Assembly: GCF_003231495.1 (NCBI RefSeq)
Contig: NZ_PQWO01000009.1
Coordinates: forward strand, 30,001-62,000
Source: Acaryochloris thomasi RCC1774
GTDB taxonomy: Bacteria; Cyanobacteriota; Cyanobacteriia; Thermosynechococcales; Thermosynechococcaceae
DNA length: 32,000 nucleotides
Direction of reading: 5' to 3'
This document shows positions 18,244 to 26,170 of this stretch, one piece after another. Both the position numbers and the translations under genes were made by a program. The notes below the pieces were generated by a model. The model was not told where the DNA came from. It did no database searches and saw only the letters and a program-made list of their open reading frames with translations. Numbering within the stretch: position 1 is the first letter of the stretch; every line of letters starts with the position of its first letter.

Positions 18244-18492
18244 GGTAAAAGTATGGCGTGGTGCTCACCCTTCATTTCTTCCCTAGCTCTGAGAGAAGGA
18301 CTTTGAGTTGTCGTGTCTTGCCCCTCATCACGTGAGGAATGAGAAGGGAGTATCCCACTTTCGCACCTGGCCCTCATCCCCCAGCCCCTTCTTCCAACCT
18401 TGGGAGAAGGGGAGCAAGATAAAAGCACTCAAAGTCTTTCGCCCAGAATTGGGAGAGGGATTTTAGGGTGGGAGCCACGCAATATTTGCGCA
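18244..18492. repeat. MITE-like imperfect palindrome built from short cyanobacterial dispersed-repeat units
   Basis: The outer arms are 18244-18270 (...GTATGGCGTGGTGCTCACCC) and 18466-18492 (GGGTGGGAGCCACGCAATATTTGCG), about 70% complementary. The inner arms are GACTTTGAG (18299-18307) and CTCAAAGTC (18428-18436). Internal hairpin units include CCCCTTCTTCC-AACCTT-GGGAGAAGGGG (18386-18412) and TCACGTGA (18328-18335). These are the type of unit that yields spurious 'SPSPKVGRRGWG' ORFs. Confidence 0.5.
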
Positions 18493-18895
18493 AAAGTGGG
18501 ATGCACCCAATAGAGCTTTGATGTCCTGAACTAATCTGAAGGCCTTCCCCAAGTCATATTTTTCCAAGATATTTTCGCTTTTTGAATCGAATGCTCAAAG
18601 TATGAAGTTCATACATGGATATAGCTCTAAGGGTTCTGTGCCCAGGCTTTCTGAATTGCTTCTCACGTTTTTCACTTTTTCACTTTACATTCGTAGCTTG
18701 TGACATCTAATTTTTGGAAATCAACTCTCTACTTCAGTCAGATTGATTATTCCAACCAGATGTCTACGAACAGGTTAATGTTCATCGTTCACTGTCGATA
18801 GAGCCTAAAGATTTTCTGCTTTAGGCAGACTTGAAATGTGAAGGAAATAATAGCTCTACTTTGTGAGCTTAGAGTTTTTAGGAGATATCAACATT

Positions 18896-19285
18896 ATGAA
18901 ATATATTCGACAAAGCCTACTTTTTCTACTTGTAGGGTTAGGAACGGCTCCATTTTTAGTCTCTTGTGATCAGGCTCCACCCCAGCCTAATGGGCAAGTT
19001 GAAATACCGGGTGAAGAGGCTCCGCAGGATCTATCTGGCGAAGCTCCGGCTGACCCGAGTGTTCCCGACAGTGCTATCAGTCCTGACAGTGATCCTGCCG
19101 CGCAGGGGGAACCCTCTGATCCTGCTGCTCAAGGTGGTCCTTCGGATCTTCCTCCCTTAGATCTAGAGCAATCTGCTCCTGATGCGGTTGAGCCTCAGGG
19201 TTCATTAGAAGAGCCACAAGGTTCAGAGTTGCCTCTGATAACAGAACCCGATCCATCCGCAGAGGAAGCTCCTCCTGTAGAGTAG
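18896..19285 (+). CDS. acidic proline-rich lipoprotein (no basic residues in mature part)
   Basis: I prefer the ATG at 18896 (AGGAG 11 nt upstream) over the track's GTG at 18863. The signal plus lipobox is MKYIRQSLLFLLVGLGTAPFLVS|C. The mature 105 aa is P/E/D/S/A/Q-rich with no K, R or H, and contains the tandem DPAAQGEPS/DPAAQGGPS. Confidence 0.6.
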   Translation: MKYIRQSLLFLLVGLGTAPFLVSCDQAPPQPNGQVEIPGEEAPQDLSGEAPADPSVPDSAISPDSDPAAQGEPSDPAAQGGPSDLPPLDLEQSAPDAVEPQGSLEEPQGSELPLITEPDPSAEEAPPVE

Positions 19286-19366
19286 TGCGTCGATTTATGT
19301 CTGGGTGCTGCTGAAGTAGATATTTGCTCGCTCCAAAAGTTGATATACCAAACGTGAGGACAATGT

Positions 19367-20551
19367 ATGAGAATCTGCACGAGTGCTACCCTGGCTAAAA
19401 TTTTGTTGGGTATTGCTGGCGCTGGCGCCCTAATTGTTGCGCCTGTTAGAGCTGAGACTACTCCAGTGGGCGGCTCATCCGAGGCTCTGAGTGAACCGCA
19501 ATCTGCTTCTGATGCCTCATCGCCTTCTGGTGCTGAGCAACTACTGCCGCTGGACCCACCTTCTGCTCCGGTTGAGCCTGCTGGAGCAGCCACTCAGCTG
19601 GAACCTGTAACACCGGCTTCGTCTTTAGAGTCGCCCGCTCAGGCTGCCCCTGAGTCAATCGGAGGCGCAGAATCTTTTGAGGCAACGGAGCCTACTGATG
19701 CCTCTACTCCTGAAGGTGATGTGCTATCCGAGGATAGTGACGCCACTTCTTCAGAAATTGAAGAGGAAGTGCCTGTCGATGACGTAGAGGCTGTCGAAGG
19801 CACTGAAGAGGGTACTGAGGCTACCGTCGAGGAAGAAGATGCCTCTCCGATTGGGGGGACTGAAGACGTTCCTCCAGCAGATGATGATCTATCCGGCCCT
19901 ATTGAGGGCAGTGTTGATTCAGAGGACGCGGCCCCAGCGGATCCTTCTCTGATTGATGAGGATAGCTCGATAGACGCTCCTGAAGAGGCCTTACCTTCTG
20001 AAAGCGATATTTCTCCCAGCTCTTCTGTGCCCAGCTCTGCTGAGGCTCCGCAGCTAGTGGCTGAGGGGGGTGAGCCTTCTGCGCCGCCAGAGGCTAGCTC
20101 AGAGGACGTGAGTCCGGCTGGTGAAGCTGCTCCTGTTGATGAGAGCGTACCTTCTGATTCTGCTGCACCTAACGCAGCGCCAGTTAGCGATCAAGAACTA
20201 CAGCAGTTTGCCAATACGGTGCCGGAGCTGAGAACGATCGAGCAGGGCACGCAGCAGGAGATTTCGGGAGTGATTCAAGGCTCTGGATTTGATGAAGCTC
20301 GATTCAACGAAATCTATCAGTCTCAGCAGTCGCCGGATGCTCCTGCTGCGGCAGAGGTGACAGAGGAAGAAAAGCAGTCTTTCACTCAGGCTCTCTCTGA
20401 CATCCAAGTGATAGAGGAGAAGAGTAAGGTTGAGCAGGAAAAAGTCATTCAATCGCAGGGTTTGGAGCCTGAGCGGTTTATGGAAATTTTAATTTCTCTT
20501 CGACAGGATCCGTCTCTGCAGACAAAGGTGCAGCAAATGATTCCTAACTAG
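19367..20551 (+). CDS. exported polyanionic protein with C-terminal tandem DUF4168-like domain
   Basis: 394 aa. GAGGA lies 6 nt upstream of the ATG. The signal peptide ends VRA|ETT (aa 29/30). Residues 30-288 contain no Lys, Arg or His and are E/D/S/P/A-rich. The C-terminal 120 aa has two helical repeats (SDQELQQFANTV...GFDEARFNEIYQSQQSPD and TEEEKQSFTQAL...GLEPERFMEILISLRQDPSLQ) that resemble DUF4168. Confidence 0.65.
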   Translation: MRICTSATLAKILLGIAGAGALIVAPVRAETTPVGGSSEALSEPQSASDASSPSGAEQLLPLDPPSAPVEPAGAATQLEPVTPASSLESPAQAAPESIGGAESFEATEPTDASTPEGDVLSEDSDATSSEIEEEVPVDDVEAVEGTEEGTEATVEEEDASPIGGTEDVPPADDDLSGPIEGSVDSEDAAPADPSLIDEDSSIDAPEEALPSESDISPSSSVPSSAEAPQLVAEGGEPSAPPEASSEDVSPAGEAAPVDESVPSDSAAPNAAPVSDQELQQFANTVPELRTIEQGTQQEISGVIQGSGFDEARFNEIYQSQQSPDAPAAAEVTEEEKQSFTQALSDIQVIEEKSKVEQEKVIQSQGLEPERFMEILISLRQDPSLQTKVQQMIPN

Positions 20552-20587
20552 CGATTATTGATTGTTTCCAAGTCGTTGATATTTGAG

Positions 20588-20624
20588 ATTACGGTGGTGT
20601 CTGAGCGTCACCGTAATTTTTTTT
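20588..20624 (+). terminator. rho-independent terminator after the DUF4168-like gene
   Basis: ATTACGGTG (20588-20596) pairs with CACCGTAAT (20609-20617) across a 12-nt loop and is followed by a T8 run (20617-24), 37 nt after the stop. Confidence 0.7.
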
Positions 20625-20708
20625 GTAATGAGATGAACCGCGATTAATTCCCAAGACAGCGATAATGTTAAAAGTATGACTGTCCCATGACATAGGATGA
20701 GATGACGT

Positions 20709-21386
20709 GTGAAGTTGCTAGTTGTTGAAGACGATGAACGAATTGCGGAGGCACTTGCTGAGGATCTGACTGAGCAAAACTATGCTGTCGAAGTTGCCTA
20801 CGATGGTGAAGCGGGTTGGGGACTGCTGCAGGCTTTCACCTATGATCTTGTGCTGCTTGATGTGATGTTGCCAAAAATGGACGGCATTGAGTTATGCCAG
20901 CGTCTGCGAGCCCATGGTCAAAGCATGCCGGTGCTGATGTTGACGGCCCGCGATACGATTACAGATAAGGTGCTGGGGCTAGATGCGGGGGCCGATGACT
21001 ATGTGATCAAGCCCTGTGCGTTGGAAGAGTTGTCGGCTCGAATCCGAGCTTTGCTGCGGCGGGGGAGTACGACGGCCCCTCCCGTACTGGAATGGGCTGA
21101 TCTACAGCTTGATCCGAATACCTGTGAGGTTACCTATCAGGAGCAGTCGCTCAGTCTGACACCGAAAGAATATAGTTTGCTAGAGCTTTTTTTGCGCAAT
21201 CAGCGACGGGTTTTTAGTCGGGCTCAAATTTTAGAGCATTTGTGGGCATTTGAAGTATTGCCAGAGGAAGATACGGTTAAGGCCCACATTAAGGGCTTGA
21301 GACATAAGCTCAAGTCCGCTGGTGCTTCTCCGGACTTAATCGAGACGGTCTATGGTTTTGGGTATCGACTTAAACAGGATCCGTAA
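20709..21386 (+). CDS. OmpR-family response regulator
   Basis: 225 aa with a GTG start. Receiver motifs are LLVVEDDE, LVLLDVMLPKMDG, LMLTARD and DDYVIKP. The winged-helix output has LTPKEYSLLELF...VYGFGYRL. Confidence 0.9.
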   Translation: MKLLVVEDDERIAEALAEDLTEQNYAVEVAYDGEAGWGLLQAFTYDLVLLDVMLPKMDGIELCQRLRAHGQSMPVLMLTARDTITDKVLGLDAGADDYVIKPCALEELSARIRALLRRGSTTAPPVLEWADLQLDPNTCEVTYQEQSLSLTPKEYSLLELFLRNQRRVFSRAQILEHLWAFEVLPEEDTVKAHIKGLRHKLKSAGASPDLIETVYGFGYRLKQDP

Positions 21387-22737
21387 CCCATTATTCAAGG
21401 ATTTACGCTGGCGCTTGTTGCTGTCTTATCTTGTTGTAATGGCGTCAATTCTGGCGGTTTTTGGTGCTGGTGTTTACAGTTTTTTCAGCCGCCGGTTCTA
21501 TCGTCAAATTGATCAGCAACTGACGCTGTTGGCTCAGGCGGCTGCACCGTCTTTGTCAGATATTGAGCGAAGCGGCAGTCAATACCTCGATCGGGTCCCT
21601 GAGGTGCCTTGGCGAAACATTTTTAATCGTGACTACCAGAGTCTGGAATGGTTCAGTGCCAGTGGTGAGCTATTGGCGAGTAAGGGAAAGATCTCTTCTA
21701 GTCTGCCGCCCCGCTTGAAGTCTCAAGATCTGACCATTCTTTCAGAGCGGCCTTTGAAGGTGCGCATGTATACGATTTCGGTTCACAGCGATACGGATAC
21801 TGTCAATGAACCGCTGCTGCGTGGATATATTCGCGCTAGCCAATCAACTGAAGAGGTCAAAAATGCTCAAAAACGTCTGGTGTGGGGGCTAGGCATGGGT
21901 GGAGGAGTTGCTTTGTGTTTTGTGGGTGTGGGCGGATTGTGGCTGACGGAGCGGGCTTTGCAGCCGATTGAACAAAGTTTTCGGCGATTGAAGCAATTTA
22001 CTGCGGATGCGTCCCATGAGTTGCGCAGCCCTTTGACGGTGATTAAGACCTCGGCGGAGGTGATGCTGAATCATCCAGAGCGGGTTCACCCAAAAGATGC
22101 TCGCAAGCTGGCTGCGATTGTGGAGGCGACCGGACAGATTAATCATCTGGTGGAAGATCTTTTGTTTTTGGCCCGCACTGATGCTGTGGCGACTTGCTCA
22201 TCTGTGCAGGATTGGATGCCTGTACAGCTTGATCAGGTGCTACGAGAGCAAACTGTTTGTCTAGAGGAGTCAGCACAGGCAAAAGGGATTACGCTGCAGT
22301 CTCAAAACTTAATTCCGATGCTGGTTGTGGGAGATGCCCACCAGCTCAGGCGTTTGTTCTCTAATTTGCTTCGTAATGCGCTGCAGTATACGCCGGGTGG
22401 AGGAACGGTGACGCTTTCTGTTGCGCGCCAGAATCAAACGGCGATTGTGATGGTTGAGGATACGGGGGTTGGGATTGATCGGGACCACTTCTCGCTGATT
22501 TTTGATCGCTTCTGGAGGGCAGAGTCTGCCCGGACGAGTCGCAAAGGAGGAATGGGTTTAGGACTTGCGATCGCAAAGTCAATCGCCAACGTCCATCAGG
22601 GCAAAATTACATTGACTAGCAAAGTCGGCGTCGGAAGCTGCTTCCGAGTTCATTTGCCTGCAGTACAGTTTCCTCGGCGACGGTTGCTTAATCAAGCGAC
22701 GGCAGTGGAGACCTGTGAGAAAGCTTCAAATTCATGA
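21352..22737 (+). CDS. sensor histidine kinase (two TM segments, periplasmic sensor, HisKA + HATPase_c)
   Basis: 461 aa. TM1 is LLLSYLVVMASILAVFGAGVYSFF and TM2 is LVWGLGMGGGVALCFVGVGGLWL, with a ~130-aa loop between them. The H-box is FTADASHELRSPLT, the N-box NLLRNALQYTP, G1 EDTGVGI and G2 GGMGLGLAI. The ATG at 21352 overlaps the regulator gene by 35 nt, so the start is somewhat uncertain. Confidence 0.9.
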   Translation: MVLGIDLNRIRNPLFKDLRWRLLLSYLVVMASILAVFGAGVYSFFSRRFYRQIDQQLTLLAQAAAPSLSDIERSGSQYLDRVPEVPWRNIFNRDYQSLEWFSASGELLASKGKISSSLPPRLKSQDLTILSERPLKVRMYTISVHSDTDTVNEPLLRGYIRASQSTEEVKNAQKRLVWGLGMGGGVALCFVGVGGLWLTERALQPIEQSFRRLKQFTADASHELRSPLTVIKTSAEVMLNHPERVHPKDARKLAAIVEATGQINHLVEDLLFLARTDAVATCSSVQDWMPVQLDQVLREQTVCLEESAQAKGITLQSQNLIPMLVVGDAHQLRRLFSNLLRNALQYTPGGGTVTLSVARQNQTAIVMVEDTGVGIDRDHFSLIFDRFWRAESARTSRKGGMGLGLAIAKSIANVHQGKITLTSKVGVGSCFRVHLPAVQFPRRRLLNQATAVETCEKASNS

Positions 22738-22747
22738 AACAGTAAAG

Positions 22748-23566
22748 CTAGTCTTGCTGATGAGAAAATTGATAGCCTCCGATGCCCGCCAAGATCAAGG
22801 CCATCAGCAGCAGAATTGGCAGCGTAGACCAGGGAAAATCAGCGATAGGCTGGTATGCTGCCGCTCTTAGTCCCATGCTGGTATAAGTTAAAGGAAGAGC
22901 GTAAACCAATACCTTGAAGACCGGAGGCAAGCTGGTCGGATCGAAAAAAGTCCCCCCTAGAAAAGACATCGGCACAATTAAGAAGTTGTTGTAGAGGCCG
23001 ACGCTTTCAATGGACTGTACGCTGAGTCCAGCCAAAACCCCCAGACCTGCGAATACCGCACAGTTTAAAACTAGCAGTGCGAGAAAGAGCGGATTGAGAA
23101 AGCTCAAAATCTTACCCGTAAATAAAATAGCGATCACGATCACCGATGATGAGGTTAATAGCCCGCGAGCCACCCCCGCCATCACCTTGCCCAGATAGAG
23201 CGAAAGGGGATGAATGGGCAGGAGCAGTAGTTCCTCAAATGTCTTGCTAAAGAGGCGATCGCCACAGATCGAAAATGTGGTACCCGCAAAGCAAATTGTC
23301 ATAGAAGACAGAGCGATCATTCCCGGTAAAATAAATTCGAGATAATTGTCGCCCACAGCAGGTTTTGGCAGAGAATTTCCGAGACCTAACCCGAAGGCAA
23401 GAATGTAAATGAGCGGAGACACCATGCCAGAAGCCACGATTTGCTTGACCCGGACGCGCAAATCTAGCCACTCTCCCCAAAATATAGTGAGACTATCGAG
23501 CCATATCTCTATCAAAAAACTGCTTTTGCTCTGGTGTTTAACGGGAAGGTCAAGATTTAAGGTCAC
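22748..23566 (-). CDS. ABC-2 type transporter permease (no adjacent ATPase gene)
   Basis: 272 aa with six predicted TM helices and an ABC-2 layout (VKQIVASGMVSPLIYILAFGLGLG ... NFLIVPMSFLGGTFF). GTG start. Confidence 0.72.
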   Translation of the reverse strand: MTLNLDLPVKHQSKSSFLIEIWLDSLTIFWGEWLDLRVRVKQIVASGMVSPLIYILAFGLGLGNSLPKPAVGDNYLEFILPGMIALSSMTICFAGTTFSICGDRLFSKTFEELLLLPIHPLSLYLGKVMAGVARGLLTSSSVIVIAILFTGKILSFLNPLFLALLVLNCAVFAGLGVLAGLSVQSIESVGLYNNFLIVPMSFLGGTFFDPTSLPPVFKVLVYALPLTYTSMGLRAAAYQPIADFPWSTLPILLLMALILAGIGGYQFSHQQD

Positions 23567-23671
23567 TGTTACGTATCGCTATTTTCTTTACTAATTGTTA
23601 CAACAATATTGGGAGAGACACAAATTCCCCGAGATAGACTGCAGAGCCGAAGATTAGAGAAAGGGAATGCG

Positions 23672-24244
23672 ATGCCAAACTTGCCGACGACGACAGAAAC
23701 GCGAGCACAGCCACTCGCGGACACCTTTCGCATCTCGCCTTTGATTTGGGTGACGCTCTGGAGTCTTTATCTGGCTCTAATCGTGCCGTTACCCTATCTT
23801 GCTTGGGTCACGGGAGCCGATCTGCCGCTGTCTTGGTTTGTTCTGGGGTTAGTCGCGGGCGGCATTGCCCTGCAGGCTGCGCTGAGTGAAGAGGTTCGTC
23901 TAGATACTGAGGGCATTCATGTCTGCTATCCACGCTGGGTTCCGAGCCTATTTCGGCAGACTTGGTCTTTGCAGTGGTCAATGATTCAAGATATCAAAGC
24001 GCGAGCGACGGGGCAGGGCGGTCGCGTCTTTTACCTGATTAATTCTACAGAGACGGCCTACTTGCTGCCCATGCGCGTTGCCGGTTTTGCGCGCATGACT
24101 CAGAGAATTGAGGCAGAAACCGGTTTAAGAATGGAACACGTGAAACCTTTGGCGCAGGTCTGGATGTACAGCATTTTGCTGTTTTTTACGCTGTTGCTAG
24201 GGCTGGCAGATGCCTGGGTTTTCTGGACCGCCACAACTATTTGA
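23672..24244 (+). CDS. hypothetical membrane protein
   Basis: The ORF track starts at TTG 23609. I prefer the ATG at 23672 (AAGGGA upstream). It has two N-terminal TM helices (LIWVTLWSLYLALIVPLPYLAW, LSWFVLGLVAGGIALQAAL), a soluble middle region and a C-terminal TM. No motif recognised. Confidence 0.5.
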   Translation: MPNLPTTTETRAQPLADTFRISPLIWVTLWSLYLALIVPLPYLAWVTGADLPLSWFVLGLVAGGIALQAALSEEVRLDTEGIHVCYPRWVPSLFRQTWSLQWSMIQDIKARATGQGGRVFYLINSTETAYLLPMRVAGFARMTQRIEAETGLRMEHVKPLAQVWMYSILLFFTLLLGLADAWVFWTATTI

Positions 24245-24255
24245 CGAGCTGAGAC

Positions 24256-25095
24256 TCAACCATTGGAGACCTTAGCCGGCTGCCCAATAGAGACACTATG
24301 GCTTCCGGCTCTACCTCTGTAGACAGAACTATGGGCTTCAGATGATTGGATCGTCTGCGATGACGGTTCCTGGATCTCTGGTGGTGAGATTGTGGGTCTG
24401 TTCCCTTGGGAAACCAAGTCTTCCATGTTCATGCGATACCCAACGTTGCGCACCGTTTGAATCAACTGCGGCCGCTGGGGGGTATTTTCAATCTTTTTGC
24501 GGAGAGACAGAATGTGGGTGTCAACCGTACGCGGGTTATCAATATTTTCGGGCCACGCTCTCTGGAGCAGCTCAACTCGACTAAGAGCTGCTCCACCGGC
24601 CTGCACTAGTACATACAGAAGACTAAATTCTTGAGGTGTCAGATCAATCAGGTCCTGTGTGTAGTGAACCTGCCGCTGAACCAAGTCTATTTTGAGGTCT
24701 CCGAACCGAAGCTGGCTAGGGAGAGACGCCTGATTTCGTCGAGTTAGGGCTTCGACCCGCGCCATAAACTCCTGCATGCCGAAGGGCTTGGTCATGTAGT
24801 CATCGGCTCCAGCCTTCAGGCCCGCGACAATATCGGCTTCGCTATCTTGGGCTGAGAGCATGAGGACTAGTGTGCTGGGCTGGCGCTGCAGCCACTGACA
24901 GAATTCAAGGCCGTGTCCATCGGGTAGGTCGGAATCAATGATGACGGCTTCTGGCTGCTGCTGACTAAAGATATCCTGTGCTTGCTGCAGGGATGATGCA
25001 AGGGAAATAACGTACTTTGCCTGCTGTAAATGCCACCCTAAAAGAGAACGTAGGTGTGGATTAGCCTCAGTGATAAGAATGTGAAGAGCGCTCAC
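24256..25095 (-). CDS. OmpR-family response regulator with atypical acidic pocket and ~45-aa S/Q/P-rich C-terminal tail
   Basis: 279 aa with a GTG start. In the receiver, ILITEAN replaces the usual DD/DE pair. The acceptor is VIIDSDLPDG, followed by LMLSAQD and DDYMTKP. The winged helix has LTPQEFSLLYVL...VRNVGYRM. A low-complexity tail follows. Confidence 0.85.
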   Translation of the reverse strand: MSALHILITEANPHLRSLLGWHLQQAKYVISLASSLQQAQDIFSQQQPEAVIIDSDLPDGHGLEFCQWLQRQPSTLVLMLSAQDSEADIVAGLKAGADDYMTKPFGMQEFMARVEALTRRNQASLPSQLRFGDLKIDLVQRQVHYTQDLIDLTPQEFSLLYVLVQAGGAALSRVELLQRAWPENIDNPRTVDTHILSLRKKIENTPQRPQLIQTVRNVGYRMNMEDLVSQGNRPTISPPEIQEPSSQTIQSSEAHSSVYRGRAGSHSVSIGQPAKVSNG

Positions 25096-25203
25096 GAAGG
25101 ATATTATCCTTATGATTTTAAGATTCTAAGAATAAGCTAGCAGAAAAGTTATTTTGCTTCGGTAGCTCCAGCTACATCACGGTGGCTGTTCTGGTGCAAA
25201 ATA

Positions 25204-25246
25204 AAACCTCATCAAACCTCCTTTTTGCAGAGATTCAATGAGGTTT
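25204..25246 (-). terminator. candidate terminator downstream of the lipoprotein gene
   Basis: A 9-bp stem AAACCTCAT/ATGAGGTTT (25204-12 / 25238-46) is followed on the minus strand by TTTTATTTTG. The 25-nt loop is large. A second AAACCTC copy (25214-20) offers an alternative stem. Confidence 0.3.
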
Positions 25247-25266
25247 CAATCTAGGAAATTATGACG

Positions 25267-26055
25267 CTACTCAGATGGAGCGACGGTATCAAGTTCGCTA
25301 GAGAGCGAGCTCAAGTCTGATAGTATGCTTGCCTGGGCAGGTTCAGCTTGGTTGAGAGCTGTATTGACTGTTTTTACGCCTTGGTCCATTGCTTGGTAGG
25401 TATCAGCAGATTTTTCTTTGACGCTGCCGCCAAACTTATACCAGGTTTGTCTCGCTTCACCAAAAGAGTCTTTGGCGCTAGAGAAATCGCTGGATTCAAC
25501 GGCGGTATTGGTTTGTGTTAGTGCTTCTTTCATCGCCACTAGATTGTTCTCAAAGGCCTGAGCTTCTTCAGCTTTTGTTTGAGGCAGTTCGGCACCGCCG
25601 ATGGCTGTTTCGCCATTCTCGCTGGTTTCTCCTGGAGCGGAGGCGGTTTGGGCGGGATCTTCGCCTTTGGCAAGGGCTCCGACTGAACCGGATAGAGACT
25701 GGAGGTTACCTAGCAACTTATCTTTGTCTGGGGGACTGGCTTTCAGATCCGTGGCAATGGCCTGGACGTTGCTCTTAATGTTATTGAGGGTTTCTGGACT
25801 GGCTTTTAGTTTGCCTTCTGCCTCTGTCCAGTTTTGCTGAACGGCACTAAATTCTTGTTTAGCCTGATCGAAGTTTCCTGATTTGACTGAGTTGAGGGTT
25901 TGAGTGACGCCTTTCGTCATGCCCACCAGTTCTTGGGTTCCCCCTATATTTTGAGCCGCATCTTGCACTTTAGAAGAGACTTGCTCTGTGGCATCACAGG
26001 CAGAGATCAGACAGACGGCTCCCAGCAAAATTAGTTTGGATGAAATGTTTCTCAT
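25267..26055 (-). CDS. lipoprotein with internally duplicated helical domain, function unknown
   Basis: 262 aa with lipobox LLGAVCLISA|C. Its two halves align: NSVKSGNFDQAKQEFSAVQQNWTEAEGKLKA...LGNLQSLSGSV against TAVESSDFSSAKDSFGEARQTWYKFGGSVKE...LSDLSSLSSEL. An acidic linker joins them. Confidence 0.65.
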   Translation of the reverse strand: MRNISSKLILLGAVCLISACDATEQVSSKVQDAAQNIGGTQELVGMTKGVTQTLNSVKSGNFDQAKQEFSAVQQNWTEAEGKLKASPETLNNIKSNVQAIATDLKASPPDKDKLLGNLQSLSGSVGALAKGEDPAQTASAPGETSENGETAIGGAELPQTKAEEAQAFENNLVAMKEALTQTNTAVESSDFSSAKDSFGEARQTWYKFGGSVKEKSADTYQAMDQGVKTVNTALNQAEPAQASILSDLSSLSSELDTVAPSE

Positions 26056-26170
26056 AATCGTTTTGATTCCGTATCAATTTATACTTTTTTCGATATTACA
26101 GGAACGTTTGTATCCTTGCTGAAGAACAGCAGGATCGAGCAAAATATCACGGAAATTTAAGATGTGGGCG

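Noticed and set aside
18156-18428. 90-aa minus-strand ORF (…SPSPKVGRRGWGMRA…)
   Set aside because: It is the translation of the dispersed-repeat and palindrome cluster. This peptide pattern is the typical artefact of such repeats.
19195-19593. 132-aa minus-strand ORF spanning the junction of the two acidic-protein genes (also 19458-19685 and 20198-20452)
   Set aside because: It is antisense to GA/GC-rich low-complexity coding sequence and crosses an intergenic region that holds the SD of the + strand gene. The + strand genes have signal peptides and a recognisable C-terminal domain.
26112-26135. Hairpin ATCCTTGCTG-AAGAA-CAGCAGGAT downstream of polA, considered as a terminator
   Set aside because: The stem has a bulge and there is no U-tract on either strand. 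That is insufficient for a terminator call.
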